Part shown: one piece after another, positions 1-9,905 of the stretch | How positions within the stretch are numbered: position 1 is the stretch's first letter | How the letters are laid out: every line of letters starts with the position of its first letter | Assembly (NCBI GenBank): GCA_043747615.1 | Contig: JAYTOU010000036.1 | Location: 1 to 59,455, forward strand | Length of the DNA: 59,455 nt | Source: Myxococcales bacterium | GTDB lineage: Bacteria > Myxococcota_A > Polyangia > Polyangiales > Polyangiaceae | Reading direction: 5' to 3' | The notes under the pieces: generated by a model | What the model was told of the DNA's origin: nothing | What the model saw: only the letters and a program-made list of their open reading frames with translations | Databases searched by the model: none | Program-made: the position numbers and the translations under genes

Positions 1-339
1 TTGCCCCTGGGGGCTCGGTTGTCCTTCGCAGGCCCGATTCTCAGGCCAGCGAGGAGCCGCCGCTACATCACTTGTTCAACAGGAGCCGGGGCATTCCCCC
101 CGGGCCGGGGCTCGGCTACTGGCGGCGCCATTTTCATCGCCGCGCCCGATGGCAGTTTCAGTTTCGCAGACACGACGCAGAGGAGCGCGGTAGTTGTCAG
201 CACATGCTCGGACGCTCAAATTGCGGCGAAGGTGACGGTGACGGTCGCCGACGGAATTCACACCGCAAGCGCCGATGTACCCGCAAGCTTTTGGTGCGGG
301 AACGGGGGTTTGACGCGCTTCGGCGGGGGCTGCAATTGA
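1..339 (+). CDS. Hypothetical protein, probably the 3' part of a gene truncated by the window edge
   Basis: Open frame from base 1 to TGA at 339; co-oriented with the downstream lipoprotein genes; no recognisable motif. Confidence 0.45.
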   Translation: MPLGARLSFAGPILRPARSRRYITCSTGAGAFPPGRGSATGGAIFIAAPDGSFSFADTTQRSAVVVSTCSDAQIAAKVTVTVADGIHTASADVPASFWCGNGGLTRFGGGCN

Positions 340-367
340 CGCGCCGGTGCTCAAGTGGGTCGCAGCA

Positions 368-928
368 ATGAGACTGCTGTTTGCCTTAGCCGCCGTGGCC
401 GTTGCGCTCCTGACGGCGTGCGGATCTCAGTGCGACGAATCGTCGTCGGCCGACGCCTCCTCGAACGACGCGACGCCGAACGACGCCAAAGTCTTTGATT
501 CGAGTAGGTCGGACGCCGGGACTGCCGATGGTGGGAGCGGGATCAGCTACATCGTGATTCGTCTGAATAACGACGAGTGCCTTCCTTTCCCCCTGCCGAC
601 CGGCTCGGGGGGGAGCGCGAACTGCCGCGTCATGCTGGTCGTCGCGGGAGCGGGAGGGTGCACCAGTGCAGGGCTTTCGGCGGCCCCCATGGAAGACGTA
701 TCGGCGATCAATGCCAAATTGCAATCGGAAGGTCAGCCCCCGCTGCAAGGTGCCCTGTGCGTGCTTAGTCAACTTGCAGCAGACGGCGGCTGCACCGGGA
801 ATCCCTCAGCAGGATGGTGTTACGTCGCCGGATCGTGCAACCCCGCGAACACTTGCAAGCAGGACATCTGCACGACGGCGGGAGTCAACGTCGACGGGGG
901 GAGGGGCGCGTGGCTCACGTGCCCGTAA
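368..928 (+). CDS. Cys-rich lipoprotein
   Basis: ATG368; signal peptide and lipobox (LLTA-C); low-complexity DA/DAG linker; Cys-rich C-terminus (CLPFPL...GWCYV). Confidence 0.75.
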   Translation: MRLLFALAAVAVALLTACGSQCDESSSADASSNDATPNDAKVFDSSRSDAGTADGGSGISYIVIRLNNDECLPFPLPTGSGGSANCRVMLVVAGAGGCTSAGLSAAPMEDVSAINAKLQSEGQPPLQGALCVLSQLAADGGCTGNPSAGWCYVAGSCNPANTCKQDICTTAGVNVDGGRGAWLTCP

Positions 929-942
929 GGACACTTTCTTCG

Positions 943-1635
943 ATGGCTTCACGCTCGCCGGAGCAGGCAGGCGTCGCGTCGCTCGCGGTGGCAGCAACGC
1001 TCTCTCTCCTCTTGTTGTTTGTGGCCTCGTGCAAGGCGGCGCCCGGCGGCGTTGGCGCCGCATGCGCCGGGTCCCCGGAGTGCGCGTCCGGAACCTTCTG
1101 CAACACCGACAATCACTGCGGTGGCGAAGGCACCTGCAAGGAAGTGCCAAGCTCGTGCTCCGGCATCTATCTTCCCGTTTGCGGATGCGACGGAAAAACC
1201 TACGCGAATTCGTGCCTCGCCTATTGGGGAATGGGAGGCCCTACTGTGTCCGTGGCCTATGGTGGCCCATGCCGGGGCGGAGCGATCCAGGCGTGCGATC
1301 CGAGCCGTCCTTGCCCGAGCGATCAGGCGTGCGTGAACGACCCGCGGGCTGCGTGCGCAGGCGGAATGCCGTGCCCCGGCGTCTGCCTCCACAGGACCGA
1401 GGGCTTTTCTTCGTGCGGTACCTCTGGCTGTCTGGGCGCCACGGTAAACGACCCCCTCACGCAGCAGTGCGTCCGTGACCAAGTCGACACCTGCGATAGC
1501 GGTGCTCCGTGCGGCGATTGCGTGTACTCGACCGCCATCGTGTGCGACGCGAAGACGCCGTGCCCCGCGGGGCAGCTCTGCATGCCGTCCCTAACGTGCG
1601 GCAGCGCGTGCGCGAGCTACTGCGCGGTGCCTTGA
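943..1635 (+). CDS. Cys-rich lipoprotein with Kazal-type domain
   Basis: Lipobox FVAS-C; Kazal motif CSGIYLPVCGCDGKTYANSC; further Cys repeats. Confidence 0.8.
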   Translation: MASRSPEQAGVASLAVAATLSLLLLFVASCKAAPGGVGAACAGSPECASGTFCNTDNHCGGEGTCKEVPSSCSGIYLPVCGCDGKTYANSCLAYWGMGGPTVSVAYGGPCRGGAIQACDPSRPCPSDQACVNDPRAACAGGMPCPGVCLHRTEGFSSCGTSGCLGATVNDPLTQQCVRDQVDTCDSGAPCGDCVYSTAIVCDAKTPCPAGQLCMPSLTCGSACASYCAVP

Positions 1636-1686
1636 GTGTCCCAAGGGACGAAAAACGTGCGGAAAAAAAACGCGTTCGTCTCGGCC

Positions 1687-2298
1687 CTAACTCACATCGA
1701 TCAGCTCGATCTCGAAGATCAGCGTGGCGTTTGGCGGAATGATGGGGGGCGCGCCTTTGCGGCCGTAGCCGAGCTCGGGCGGGATGGTGACGGTCCGCTT
1801 GCCGCCGACCTTCATGCCCATGACCCCGCGATCGAAGCCCTTGATGACCATCCCCGCGCCGAGCTTGAACTCGAAGGGGGCGTTGCGCTTGCGGGAGCTG
1901 TCGAACTCGGTGCCGTCTTTCAGGGTGCCCACGTAATGGATCTTCACGGTGTCGCCCGACTTTGCTTCAGCGCCCGTGCCCACCTGACCGTCGACGAGGA
2001 TGATGTTTGCCGTGGGCGCGGCTTCCGCGAAATTAGCCTGCGGATCGCGACGGGGCTTTCGCTCCGAGCTCGTTCCGGTCGAGGCCATCTCCGTGCTCGA
2101 CGCTTCGGTCGCGATGCAGTGCGTGCCGTTCCATTTCCACTTCGGGCCGCAGAGCGGATCGGCGTCGTGCGGAATATTCGAAGCCGAAGAACCGCTCGCC
2201 TGGGCGATGGGCACGGTCGAGAGACGCTCTTGCGGGCCGCAAGCAAGGGGCGAGAGCGCGAGCGCGAAGAGGGGGAAGAGAAGGCTTGTCCGTCGCAT
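1687..2298 (-). CDS. FKBP-type peptidyl-prolyl cis-trans isomerase, lipoprotein
   Basis: HYVGTLKDGTEFDSS, VIKGFDRG, IPPELGYG, IPPNATLIFEIEL; lipobox SPLA-C; start reassigned to ATG2298. Confidence 0.93.
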   Translation of the reverse strand: MRRTSLLFPLFALALSPLACGPQERLSTVPIAQASGSSASNIPHDADPLCGPKWKWNGTHCIATEASSTEMASTGTSSERKPRRDPQANFAEAAPTANIILVDGQVGTGAEAKSGDTVKIHYVGTLKDGTEFDSSRKRNAPFEFKLGAGMVIKGFDRGVMGMKVGGKRTVTIPPELGYGRKGAPPIIPPNATLIFEIELIDVS

Positions 2299-2323
2299 TG
2301 GCCGGGAGTGTAGCCTCGCGTCG

Positions 2324-3472
2324 GTGAAAAACACGAGGCACGTTGCGCAGATTGTGAGTCTCCTCGGTTCGGGCGTTGCGGCGCTGGTCCTAGCGAGCTG
2401 CGATCGTGACCAGGCGGGGACGCAAGCCCAACCGGCTCCGATGAGCGCGGTGAGCCTGGCGAAGGCGCTCGGGAAAGACGCGGCCGATCTGATCGACATC
2501 GTGGACCCGGCTCCTGCCGCAGGAGATCTGAAGTCGGAGGTGGAGCGCTTCACGAGCCTCGACGCGTGCGTGGCCGAGCACAACGCGCTCGACCCCCTCG
2601 TCGGCGATGGTCTCCTCGCCATCGGCTACGACAATTTTCTGCGCGACACCTGCCGTCTACTCGACGCGACAAAAGCGCACGACGTGAAGCGCTGCGTCGC
2701 CATCGAGGCGAGCGCCCTCCGAGCGCGCTGCGAGAGCTACGTGGCCATGGCCACCTCGAATGCCGAGCTCTGCCCGCTCGACGTTCCCAGCGACGCTGCG
2801 CGCGGTCACGAGCCCACGTGCCTGGCCATGGCCACCCGCGACGTGCGCTTGTGCGCAGCCGAAATGGCGAGCCGTCGTGCGGGCTGCGAAGCGCTCGTCA
2901 GCCGCGATGAGAAGCGCTGCGCCGCGCTAGTAAACAAGGCCGATCGGCGTCTGTGCGAGCGGGAGTGCGCGCGCTGGAAGACGATGCTCGACGCGCCACC
3001 TGCCGGACTGCCCCCCCTGCCGACGCCACGCGTTCACATCGAGCTGCACGCGGTCGAAGGGAGCATCGAGCCCCCTCGGCCAACGTCGGACGACGCCGCG
3101 GACGCCGAGCGCGGGGTGGTGCTCGCGAAGGAGCTCGCCACCGTCGGCTTGCGGGTCGGCTCGCTCGTCGAGCTTGGTGCGGTTCCTCATTCGGCCGGAG
3201 GGAGCTTGCGCATGGGGCTCTTGATCTCCGTGTCGAAAGACCCCCCGACCGAAGCAAAGATCGAGCGCTTCGAGCTGGAGGTGCCGGGCGCGCTGACCCT
3301 CGTCAGCCCTGGAACGCAAGCCGATTTGCACGCGACGGTGACCAAGCTCGATCGCGTGCGCGGCGGCGAGGTCCAGCTCACCGTGAAGGGCACGATGGGC
3401 ACGAGCCCGCACGCCTACCGCGTGGAGGCGACGATCCACACGTTCGTCCGCGACCTGGCTAGACGACGATGA
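2324..3472 (+). CDS. Hypothetical Cys-containing lipoprotein
   Basis: Lipobox VLAS-C; repeated D..C motifs; start estimated (GTG2324) to avoid overlap with the FKBP gene. Confidence 0.7.
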   Translation: MKNTRHVAQIVSLLGSGVAALVLASCDRDQAGTQAQPAPMSAVSLAKALGKDAADLIDIVDPAPAAGDLKSEVERFTSLDACVAEHNALDPLVGDGLLAIGYDNFLRDTCRLLDATKAHDVKRCVAIEASALRARCESYVAMATSNAELCPLDVPSDAARGHEPTCLAMATRDVRLCAAEMASRRAGCEALVSRDEKRCAALVNKADRRLCERECARWKTMLDAPPAGLPPLPTPRVHIELHAVEGSIEPPRPTSDDAADAERGVVLAKELATVGLRVGSLVELGAVPHSAGGSLRMGLLISVSKDPPTEAKIERFELEVPGALTLVSPGTQADLHATVTKLDRVRGGEVQLTVKGTMGTSPHAYRVEATIHTFVRDLARRR

Positions 3473-3556
3473 AGATCCCGGCGCGCTAGACGCCGATGAA
3501 CACCCCGGCGCGCTAGACGCCGATAAACACCCCGGCGCGCTAGACGCCGATAAACA
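3459..3556. repeat. 27-bp tandem repeat, about 3.6 copies (CTAGACGCCGATAAACACCCCGGCGCG)
   Basis: Units start at 3459, 3486, 3513 and 3540; they span the stop codons of two convergent genes. Confidence 0.92.
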
Positions 3557-4277
3557 GACGATGCGCGAAGTTGCGCTCGAGGCGCGCGCGGAGGACTTTG
3601 TCTGCTGCGAGCTCGATGTCGTACTCGATGCGCTTGAACTCGAAGCGCTTCTTGTCGCTGTCGTAGACGGTGTAGCTGGCGCGGTTGTCGAAGTCGCGCG
3701 GCTGACCTACGGAGCCCACGGACACGATGTATTTTTTGTCTGGCTCGAGCACGAAATCGACGGGGTTCAGCTCCTCGACCGACGTGCGGCTGAGGGCGAA
3801 CACTTTGCAGAGATGAGAGTGCCCGATGAGCGTGATGTGCCCGATGCGATCGTAGATGGCGAGGCACTCGCGGGCCTGCTCGGGGGCGAAGATGTACTCG
3901 AACTCTTCGAGGCGCACCGGCGAGCCGTGGCAGAGCAGGACGTTGATCTCGTCGAGCTTGTGCTCGTACGGAAGGCCTTTCAGCCACTCCATGTTCGTCG
4001 ACGATAGGACGGCGGCATGGGCGTCGAGCGCGTGGCGCGCGGCCTCGTAGTAGTACGAGTAGTCCATGCGACCAGACACCGCGGCGTCGTGGTTACCGAG
4101 AATGGTGGCCTTCGCGATCTCGCGCACCAGGTCCGCGCACTCGTTGGGCGATCCGCCGTAGCCGACGGTGTCCCCCAGGCAGTAGTACACGTCGATGTTT
4201 TCTTTGCGGTACGCCTCGAGCACGGCGCTCAGCGCTTCATGATTGGCGTGGATATCGCTAAAGATAGCTATGCGCAT
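3540..4277 (-). CDS. Calcineurin-like metallophosphoesterase (YfcE/MJ0936-like)
   Basis: Motifs SDIHAN, LGDTVGYG, GNHD, HGSP, GHSH, GSVGQPRD. Confidence 0.92.
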   Translation of the reverse strand: MRIAIFSDIHANHEALSAVLEAYRKENIDVYYCLGDTVGYGGSPNECADLVREIAKATILGNHDAAVSGRMDYSYYYEAARHALDAHAAVLSSTNMEWLKGLPYEHKLDEINVLLCHGSPVRLEEFEYIFAPEQARECLAIYDRIGHITLIGHSHLCKVFALSRTSVEELNPVDFVLEPDKKYIVSVGSVGQPRDFDNRASYTVYDSDKKRFEFKRIEYDIELAADKVLRARLERNFAHRLFIGV

Positions 4278-4318
4278 CGGCGGATGAACACACTAGCACC
4301 CTTCCAACGAAACGAACG

Positions 4319-4975
4319 ATGATCCCTGACGAGCCTGAAACACCACCCGAAAACCACTTGAACGGCGCGCCGCCCTCGTCGCCAGGTCTCGAGGATGCCG
4401 ATTTGCCGGAGGAAGAGCTCGAAGGGATGCCCGCGAACGTCGCCGAGCTGTGCGCGTCGTGCGTGCGCTTCGTGGCTGCAAAGTACGGCGTGCCGCTCGA
4501 TTTTACTCCAGACACGCTCAGCATCGTCGACCAGTACGTGCGCGATGCGCGGGCGGAGATCATGGCCAAGCCGATGAGCTTGCCCCTCGTGGAGGCGTCG
4601 GTCGGCGCGTACCTCGGCGAAGTCATCCGGCGTGCTCACCACGGCCTGTGGCGCGCCGACGGAGACCACGACACGTGGCGCATCCAGATGACACGCGTGT
4701 ATCTTACATTCAATCCGATCGGCATGGCACGTGAGGCAATCCTCCTCGGCCCGGCAGACGGCTGGCACGCCCACCTGGTGATGGACGAGGTCGAGCGCGA
4801 GGAAGTTCAGCGTCGGCTCGCGGCCCTTCCCGACGCTTCTGAGGACGAGTTCTACGCCCCATCGACGCGCTTCGACGTCGTGGAGCTTGCGGTGGAATCG
4901 ATCGCGGCCCAGATGCGATCGCGCGGGCTCGGCGACGTGCGCTTCGGCCCCGACGACTACGAGAAGAGCAGGTAG
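4319..4975 (+). CDS. Hypothetical protein (DUF3806-like)
   Basis: LDFTPDTLSIVD...VGAYLGEVI...GLW pattern; acidic composition. Confidence 0.65.
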   Translation: MIPDEPETPPENHLNGAPPSSPGLEDADLPEEELEGMPANVAELCASCVRFVAAKYGVPLDFTPDTLSIVDQYVRDARAEIMAKPMSLPLVEASVGAYLGEVIRRAHHGLWRADGDHDTWRIQMTRVYLTFNPIGMAREAILLGPADGWHAHLVMDEVEREEVQRRLAALPDASEDEFYAPSTRFDVVELAVESIAAQMRSRGLGDVRFGPDDYEKSR

Positions 4976-5142
4976 AGCGCGACGGCGGCAGCGAGCACGA
5001 CGACGAGGGTGCCTCACGCTTGAAGCGCGAAAGGATCTCCGGACCCGTCATCTACCGCGCGCTCGAGATCACCTGCGCCCATGCCGCCTTCGCCGAGCCG
5101 CTCGAGGACGAGATATTTACCGTCGAGCGTCCGGCCGATCAT
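4957..5142 (-). pseudogene. Collapsed Ser/Thr protein kinase remnant
   Basis: MIGRTLDGKYLVLERLGEGGMGA, then frameshifted VISSAR*MTGPEILSRFKREA, then frameshifted TLVVVLAAAVALYLLFS*; the ATG overlaps the upstream stop (ATGA). Confidence 0.75.
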
Positions 5143-6395
5143 GGCGCGCCGCCGTCGAGCGCGCCCGCCTCACTCACCGCGGGAAGCGTCCTGACGCGAG
5201 GAAGGTCCATGGCGTCACCGAGGAACGTGCGCCACGCGATCGAATACCGACCGCGAAAAAGAGCGCTCGTCTCTGCGCGACCGCCGGGCGCGACCCAAGC
5301 GGCAGGAACGCCGTCGATCCACGCGAATCTGAGCTCGTCGGTGGAGTTGACGAGGGTGAGCGACGCGTGGGTGTCGTTGCCTTGGCGCGCGCCCGGCTCG
5401 ACGACCGCGCTCGGTCCGGTGCGCATGGCGGCGAGCTCCGCAGGAGACAGAAGGAGCTCGGCCGCGCGGGCCGGGAGCGCTCCCATGAGAAACGGACCAG
5501 AGGGCGGCACCGAGAGCTGCTGCGGCGAGAGATCGAGTCGACGCACGATCGAAATCGCATCGAAGGTGATGGAGCCGCGCGTCGTCCAGCGCAGCTCGGC
5601 GTGAAGCGGGACTTCGTCGGCGCCGCACAGCGCAGTCGACGGGGGCGCGTTCATCAGATCGAGGAGGGCGCGGCAAATGAGGACGCCCCCTTCGCCCGCG
5701 TCCGCTACCCGAGCAATCTCGAACGAAGCGTGTGCTGCGCGCGTGGAGACTCCGACTCTACGCACGCGGTAGCCGAGGCGTCGGGGTGGCGACGGCTGGC
5801 CTTCTCCTTGGGGGACGACTTCGGCCGCCGAGAGCGGGGCGACATCGAGTCGACGCTCGCCGACGAGCGCGCGGAGCGCTCCAGGAGCCGCGATCCGGTA
5901 CCCGGTTGCGTTCGGTAAGGTGAGAACGTGGCCGTAGCGATCGCTCCTGGCGCGAAGCTCGGAGTCTTCCGGGAGCACGAACCCGCCGCTCGCGAAGATG
6001 ATGCGGACGCGGGCGGGAGCGACGTCGATCGTCAGACGCGGCTCCGTTTTCTTTCGCGCTGCGTCCAGGCCGGCAAGACTGAGCTCACCCACTTTTGCCG
6101 GCGGCGGCAGCTCGCCCGACATGAGCACGGCTTGAAGCGTGTATCCTGCAAGGTCTCGCGAGAGCGTGTCCGCTGGGAGCGCCTGATCGCCGCGGACCGC
6201 TTGCGGCGGAGGGCCCGCGTCGGCGCCCACACTCACGGCCGTAGCGCTCGCGAGAGAGGTGGGAACGTTCGCGAGAGGCGCCGGCACCGCGCTCGCTTGC
6301 GGGCTGGCGAGGGCATCGGGTGGATCTACGCTCGTCGCTGCGGTCTTGCACCCGACGCTCAGCGTCAAGGCAAGCACGACGAGCCGCGACGTCAT
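5139..6395 (-). CDS. Hypothetical lipoprotein
   Basis: Lipobox LSVG-C after ATG6395, which overlaps the stop of the HAD gene. Confidence 0.75.
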   Translation of the reverse strand: MTSRLVVLALTLSVGCKTAATSVDPPDALASPQASAVPAPLANVPTSLASATAVSVGADAGPPPQAVRGDQALPADTLSRDLAGYTLQAVLMSGELPPPAKVGELSLAGLDAARKKTEPRLTIDVAPARVRIIFASGGFVLPEDSELRARSDRYGHVLTLPNATGYRIAAPGALRALVGERRLDVAPLSAAEVVPQGEGQPSPPRRLGYRVRRVGVSTRAAHASFEIARVADAGEGGVLICRALLDLMNAPPSTALCGADEVPLHAELRWTTRGSITFDAISIVRRLDLSPQQLSVPPSGPFLMGALPARAAELLLSPAELAAMRTGPSAVVEPGARQGNDTHASLTLVNSTDELRFAWIDGVPAAWVAPGGRAETSALFRGRYSIAWRTFLGDAMDLPRVRTLPAVSEAGALDGGAP

Positions 6396-7147
6396 CCGCG
6401 CCTGAAATCCGTGATGACGGTGACCCCAGGGGAAAGCGGAGGCGCGCCCGGCATGCACTGCGAATCGACGAGCACGCTGTTGCACTCGGGATAGGTCGAG
6501 AGGAATACGTTGCAGTTTCCTGGCTCGTTGTCGAAGGAGGCAATGACCGTCCCCACCCGCGTGAGCTCGGGAGCCGCGATCCGTTTGAAGGCTTCGTCGG
6601 GCATGGCGGCGTCGGGCTTCAAGATGACTTCTGTTCCCGCAACGCCGATGGGAAAGCCGAGATCGCGCAGGCTACGGAAGGTGCCGAGGCCCATGAGAGG
6701 GAGATCGCGTCCGGTGAGGTAGACGAGGACTGCGCCCGCTTCGTAGCAGGCCTTCGCGAACGCCACCGAACCCGGCAGCGGAACATCGTGGACGAGATGC
6801 TCATCGCGAAAAAACCGAGCGCGCCAATACTCTTCGGCCTCGGCGACGAGATCCGTCCGCGTAATTCCCAGGCGATGCAGTGACTCGTGAAACAGGTAGG
6901 CCAGCCCCTGCGGCGTCGCAGTTCGCAATCGATCGGCGACCTCCGGCTCGCGATCGCCCCACACGCCCGCGATTTCCAGGAGGATGGCGAGCGAACGCGG
7001 GCGGTTGTCCATCAGCGTGCCGTCGAGATCGAAGACCACCACCGGTGGCGGACGACCTGGCGCACGTACGGCGCGAGCGATGATCTTCGAAAGAAGCGCG
7101 GTCTGCGCTTCGGACGTGAGAGCCGTGTGCTTGACGTCGCCGGACAT
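6392..7147 (-). CDS. HAD-superfamily hydrolase
   Basis: VVFDLDGT (motif I), YLTGR (motif II), FDNEPGN (motif IV-like). Confidence 0.88.
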   Translation of the reverse strand: MSGDVKHTALTSEAQTALLSKIIARAVRAPGRPPPVVVFDLDGTLMDNRPRSLAILLEIAGVWGDREPEVADRLRTATPQGLAYLFHESLHRLGITRTDLVAEAEEYWRARFFRDEHLVHDVPLPGSVAFAKACYEAGAVLVYLTGRDLPLMGLGTFRSLRDLGFPIGVAGTEVILKPDAAMPDEAFKRIAAPELTRVGTVIASFDNEPGNCNVFLSTYPECNSVLVDSQCMPGAPPLSPGVTVITDFRRG

Positions 7148-7214
7148 GTGGGAGGCTGGCGATACCAGAGCGGAGGGCCGAGCGCCACGAAGTGTGCTAC
7201 TCCCGAGGGCGAAA

Positions 7215-8339
7215 ATGTCGGAGACCCCGCGCGACCACTATGCAGTCCTGGGCGTAAGTCGTCAGGCACCTGCCGACGAAATCAAAGCGGCATTCCGCAA
7301 GCTCGCGTCGGTGCACCATCCCGACAAAAATCAGGGCGATCCGATGGCGGCGGCGCGGTTCAAGGAGCTCAACTCGAGCTACCAGGTCCTCTGCGATCCT
7401 CAGCGACGCGCCATGTACGATCGCTTCGGGCATCGCGCCGAGGAATCGGGATCACCGTTTTCGAGCGCCGGACCCTTTGCCGGCGGAGTGGTGGACATCA
7501 GCGAAATCGCCGTCGACGGCATCCTCGGAGATCTGCTCGGCGTCTTCGGTGTGGGGCGCGGCGACAAGGGGGACATCAAGCGCGACCTCGCTGTCTCCTT
7601 CGAAGAAGCCGCGTTCGGCTGCGATAAACAGCTTACCTACGAGCGGATCATCACATGCACCGATTGCCGCGGCACCGCCTCCGCGCCTGGAAGCATTCCC
7701 GAAAACTGTGCAGCCTGCATGGGCAAGGGTCGCGTTCGTTACCAGCAAGGAATCCTTCCGATCGCCGTCGAGCGCACCTGCTCACGGTGCAAGGGCAGCG
7801 GAAAAATCGTCGTCAACCCCTGCGCCACCTGCAAAGGGAGCGGGCTCGTCACGAGCTCCAACAAGCTCATGGTCACGATCCCTCCCGGCGTGGAGCACGA
7901 TCAGAGTCGCATGGTGAGCGGCGTCGGAAATCGACCGCGCTCGGATCGGCCCGCGGGAGATCTGGAGATCACCATCAAGGTGCGCGCTCACCCATTCTTT
8001 CGCCGCTCGGGGGACGACGTCGGCTGCCAGGTTCCAATCACCTTTGCTCAGGCTGCGCTCGGCGGTGAAGTGGAAGTGCCCACCCTCGACGGCAAAGGGA
8101 AGCTGCGCGTACCGCCCGGCACGCAACCGGGGAGCGTGCTGCGCATCAAGCAGAAAGGGATCCCGCGGCGCGCCGGTATGGGCCGTGGCGATCAACTGAT
8201 CGAGGTCACCGTCGAAGTGCCGACGTCGCTGACCGAACGCCAGCGCGGTCTCCTCGAGGAGCTCGCAAAAGAGCTCGGCGAAGACGTGCTCCCGCAGCGC
8301 AAGACGTTCGTCGAGAAGCTGAAGGAGCTCTTCGGCTGA
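7215..8339 (+). CDS. dnaJ: Chaperone DnaJ
   Basis: J-domain with HPD; CxxCxGxG-type zinc-finger repeats; C-terminal QAALGGEVEVPTLDG. Confidence 0.93.
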   Translation: MSETPRDHYAVLGVSRQAPADEIKAAFRKLASVHHPDKNQGDPMAAARFKELNSSYQVLCDPQRRAMYDRFGHRAEESGSPFSSAGPFAGGVVDISEIAVDGILGDLLGVFGVGRGDKGDIKRDLAVSFEEAAFGCDKQLTYERIITCTDCRGTASAPGSIPENCAACMGKGRVRYQQGILPIAVERTCSRCKGSGKIVVNPCATCKGSGLVTSSNKLMVTIPPGVEHDQSRMVSGVGNRPRSDRPAGDLEITIKVRAHPFFRRSGDDVGCQVPITFAQAALGGEVEVPTLDGKGKLRVPPGTQPGSVLRIKQKGIPRRAGMGRGDQLIEVTVEVPTSLTERQRGLLEELAKELGEDVLPQRKTFVEKLKELFG

Positions 8340-8456
8340 TCCGAAGGCCGCGTACGAGCCCGCGCAACGCGCTGCGAAGAAGGGAGCGCACGTCGTCGTC
8401 GGAAAAGAGGGCGGTCTCACCTACGGCTCGGATTTTTTCGATCCGCGCCGCCTGAC

Positions 8457-9839
8457 CTACTTGGTGCAGGCTGCCTTGCCCGCGCGAAAGTAGGTGAGCA
8501 TCTGGGGAAAGCGATCGGCCCAGTAGGCCCAATCGTGCTGCGCACCCGCCACTTCGACCTGATCGACGTCGTAGCCCTTCGTGATGAGGGCCGCGCTCAT
8601 GTTCTGGTTCTCGATGCAGTTGTCGTCGGGACAGCCGTGGTCGAGATAGAATCGCACCGGCACCTTCGGGTCAGCTCCGGCGCGGGTGATCATCGCGTTG
8701 GTGTCCCAGAAGAGCGATGCGCTCTGCGCTCCAACGTAGCCCCACTCTTCGGGGTGCTGGAACGCGAGGTAGGTGGAGATCAATCCGCCGAGCGAGGCGC
8801 CCGATTGACCTCGATTTTCCGGTGAGCTGCACACGCGGTATGCGCTGTTTATCTGGGGCTCGAGCTCGCTCAGCAAGAACGCGCCGTACTTGTCGGCGAG
8901 GGCGCTCGGCGTGTTGAACGTGTACTCGTCGATTCGCACGTTCTGCGACGAGAGCGCGACGAACACGAGAATCGCCGACAGCTCTGGATGCGCGGCGTAG
9001 GTCTCGTCCGCCTTTTTCGCGAAGTCCCCGCGGGTCAGCGATTCGTTGCCGTCGTGAACCAAGAGGTGCGGAAGGACCGCGCACGATCCGTCGTCGTACG
9101 TAGCGGGCAGATAGACGAAGACGTCGCGATCGTCCCCCAACATGGCGGCGTGAACGCGGCGCTTGGCCACGACGCGCCCCTTGGTTTTGTCGCCGTCTTC
9201 GGCGTGTAAGATGCCGTTAAAGTAGCCCACTGTCTTGTGGTCGATGCCGTCCCACACCACGTTCGACGCCAGCGAATCTTCCGCAAAGCCGGTGTCGGCG
9301 GTGCCGCTGAGGAATTTGTAAGCGTGCGAGACGCCATGGGGCACGCGCGTATCGAGTACGTAGAGATCGGTGCCCGCGACCTGGGTCATCGCGAGAGCGT
9401 TCGTCTTCCAGGCCGTGAATGACCCGGCAACACTCCATGGTCCCGCGGTCGGTGCGCCTCGCATGAGGAAGACGACGCGATCGCCTCCGGGTGCCTGGAG
9501 AGGTGCGCCGCCCGCTGCGGCTGTGTCTGCGATGAGCTTGGTGACCCGCGCATCTCGACCCGGCTGATCGGCGATGGAGAGCAGGTCTTTTACGAACGCG
9601 TCGTAGAGCGAAGGGGGCGCGGTGCGTGCCTGTGCGGTGCGAGAGCAATCGGGCAGCGGAGCGGAGTCGACGAAGCTCGCGTCTGCGGCGGCCCCGCCGT
9701 CTGCGGTGATGGAGCCTGCGTCGAGCGATTCGCTGGGACCGCCGTCGACCTCGAGACCGTGCAACTCACCCGCCGGCCCGCCACATCCGACCATGAGCCA
9801 CGGGAGGGACAAAAAGAAGGGGAGAGCGGCGTGCCTCAT
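8457..9839 (-). CDS. Lipoprotein alpha/beta-hydrolase esterase (Fes/CE1-like) with CBM48-like domain
   Basis: Lipobox LMVG-C; VAGSFTAW...YKF (CBM48/E-set-like); VYLP, HDG, GASLGG nucleophile elbow, HDWAYW. Confidence 0.85.
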   Translation of the reverse strand: MRHAALPFFLSLPWLMVGCGGPAGELHGLEVDGGPSESLDAGSITADGGAAADASFVDSAPLPDCSRTAQARTAPPSLYDAFVKDLLSIADQPGRDARVTKLIADTAAAGGAPLQAPGGDRVVFLMRGAPTAGPWSVAGSFTAWKTNALAMTQVAGTDLYVLDTRVPHGVSHAYKFLSGTADTGFAEDSLASNVVWDGIDHKTVGYFNGILHAEDGDKTKGRVVAKRRVHAAMLGDDRDVFVYLPATYDDGSCAVLPHLLVHDGNESLTRGDFAKKADETYAAHPELSAILVFVALSSQNVRIDEYTFNTPSALADKYGAFLLSELEPQINSAYRVCSSPENRGQSGASLGGLISTYLAFQHPEEWGYVGAQSASLFWDTNAMITRAGADPKVPVRFYLDHGCPDDNCIENQNMSAALITKGYDVDQVEVAGAQHDWAYWADRFPQMLTYFRAGKAACTK

Positions 9840-9905
9840 TTGTGAGTTACTGCGTCTGACATCTTGCGGCGTAAAGTCAAATCTTGGCTTACCTTGAGGG
9901 CCTAA

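Noticed and set aside
3459..3556. Possible CRISPR array
   Set aside because: Units are contiguous with no unique spacers, and there are no cas genes in the window.
8340..8456. Codon-like stretch after dnaJ (PKAAYEPAQRAAKKGAHVVVGKEGGLTYGSDFF)
   Set aside because: No start codon or recognisable family; it may be a remnant but I cannot support that.
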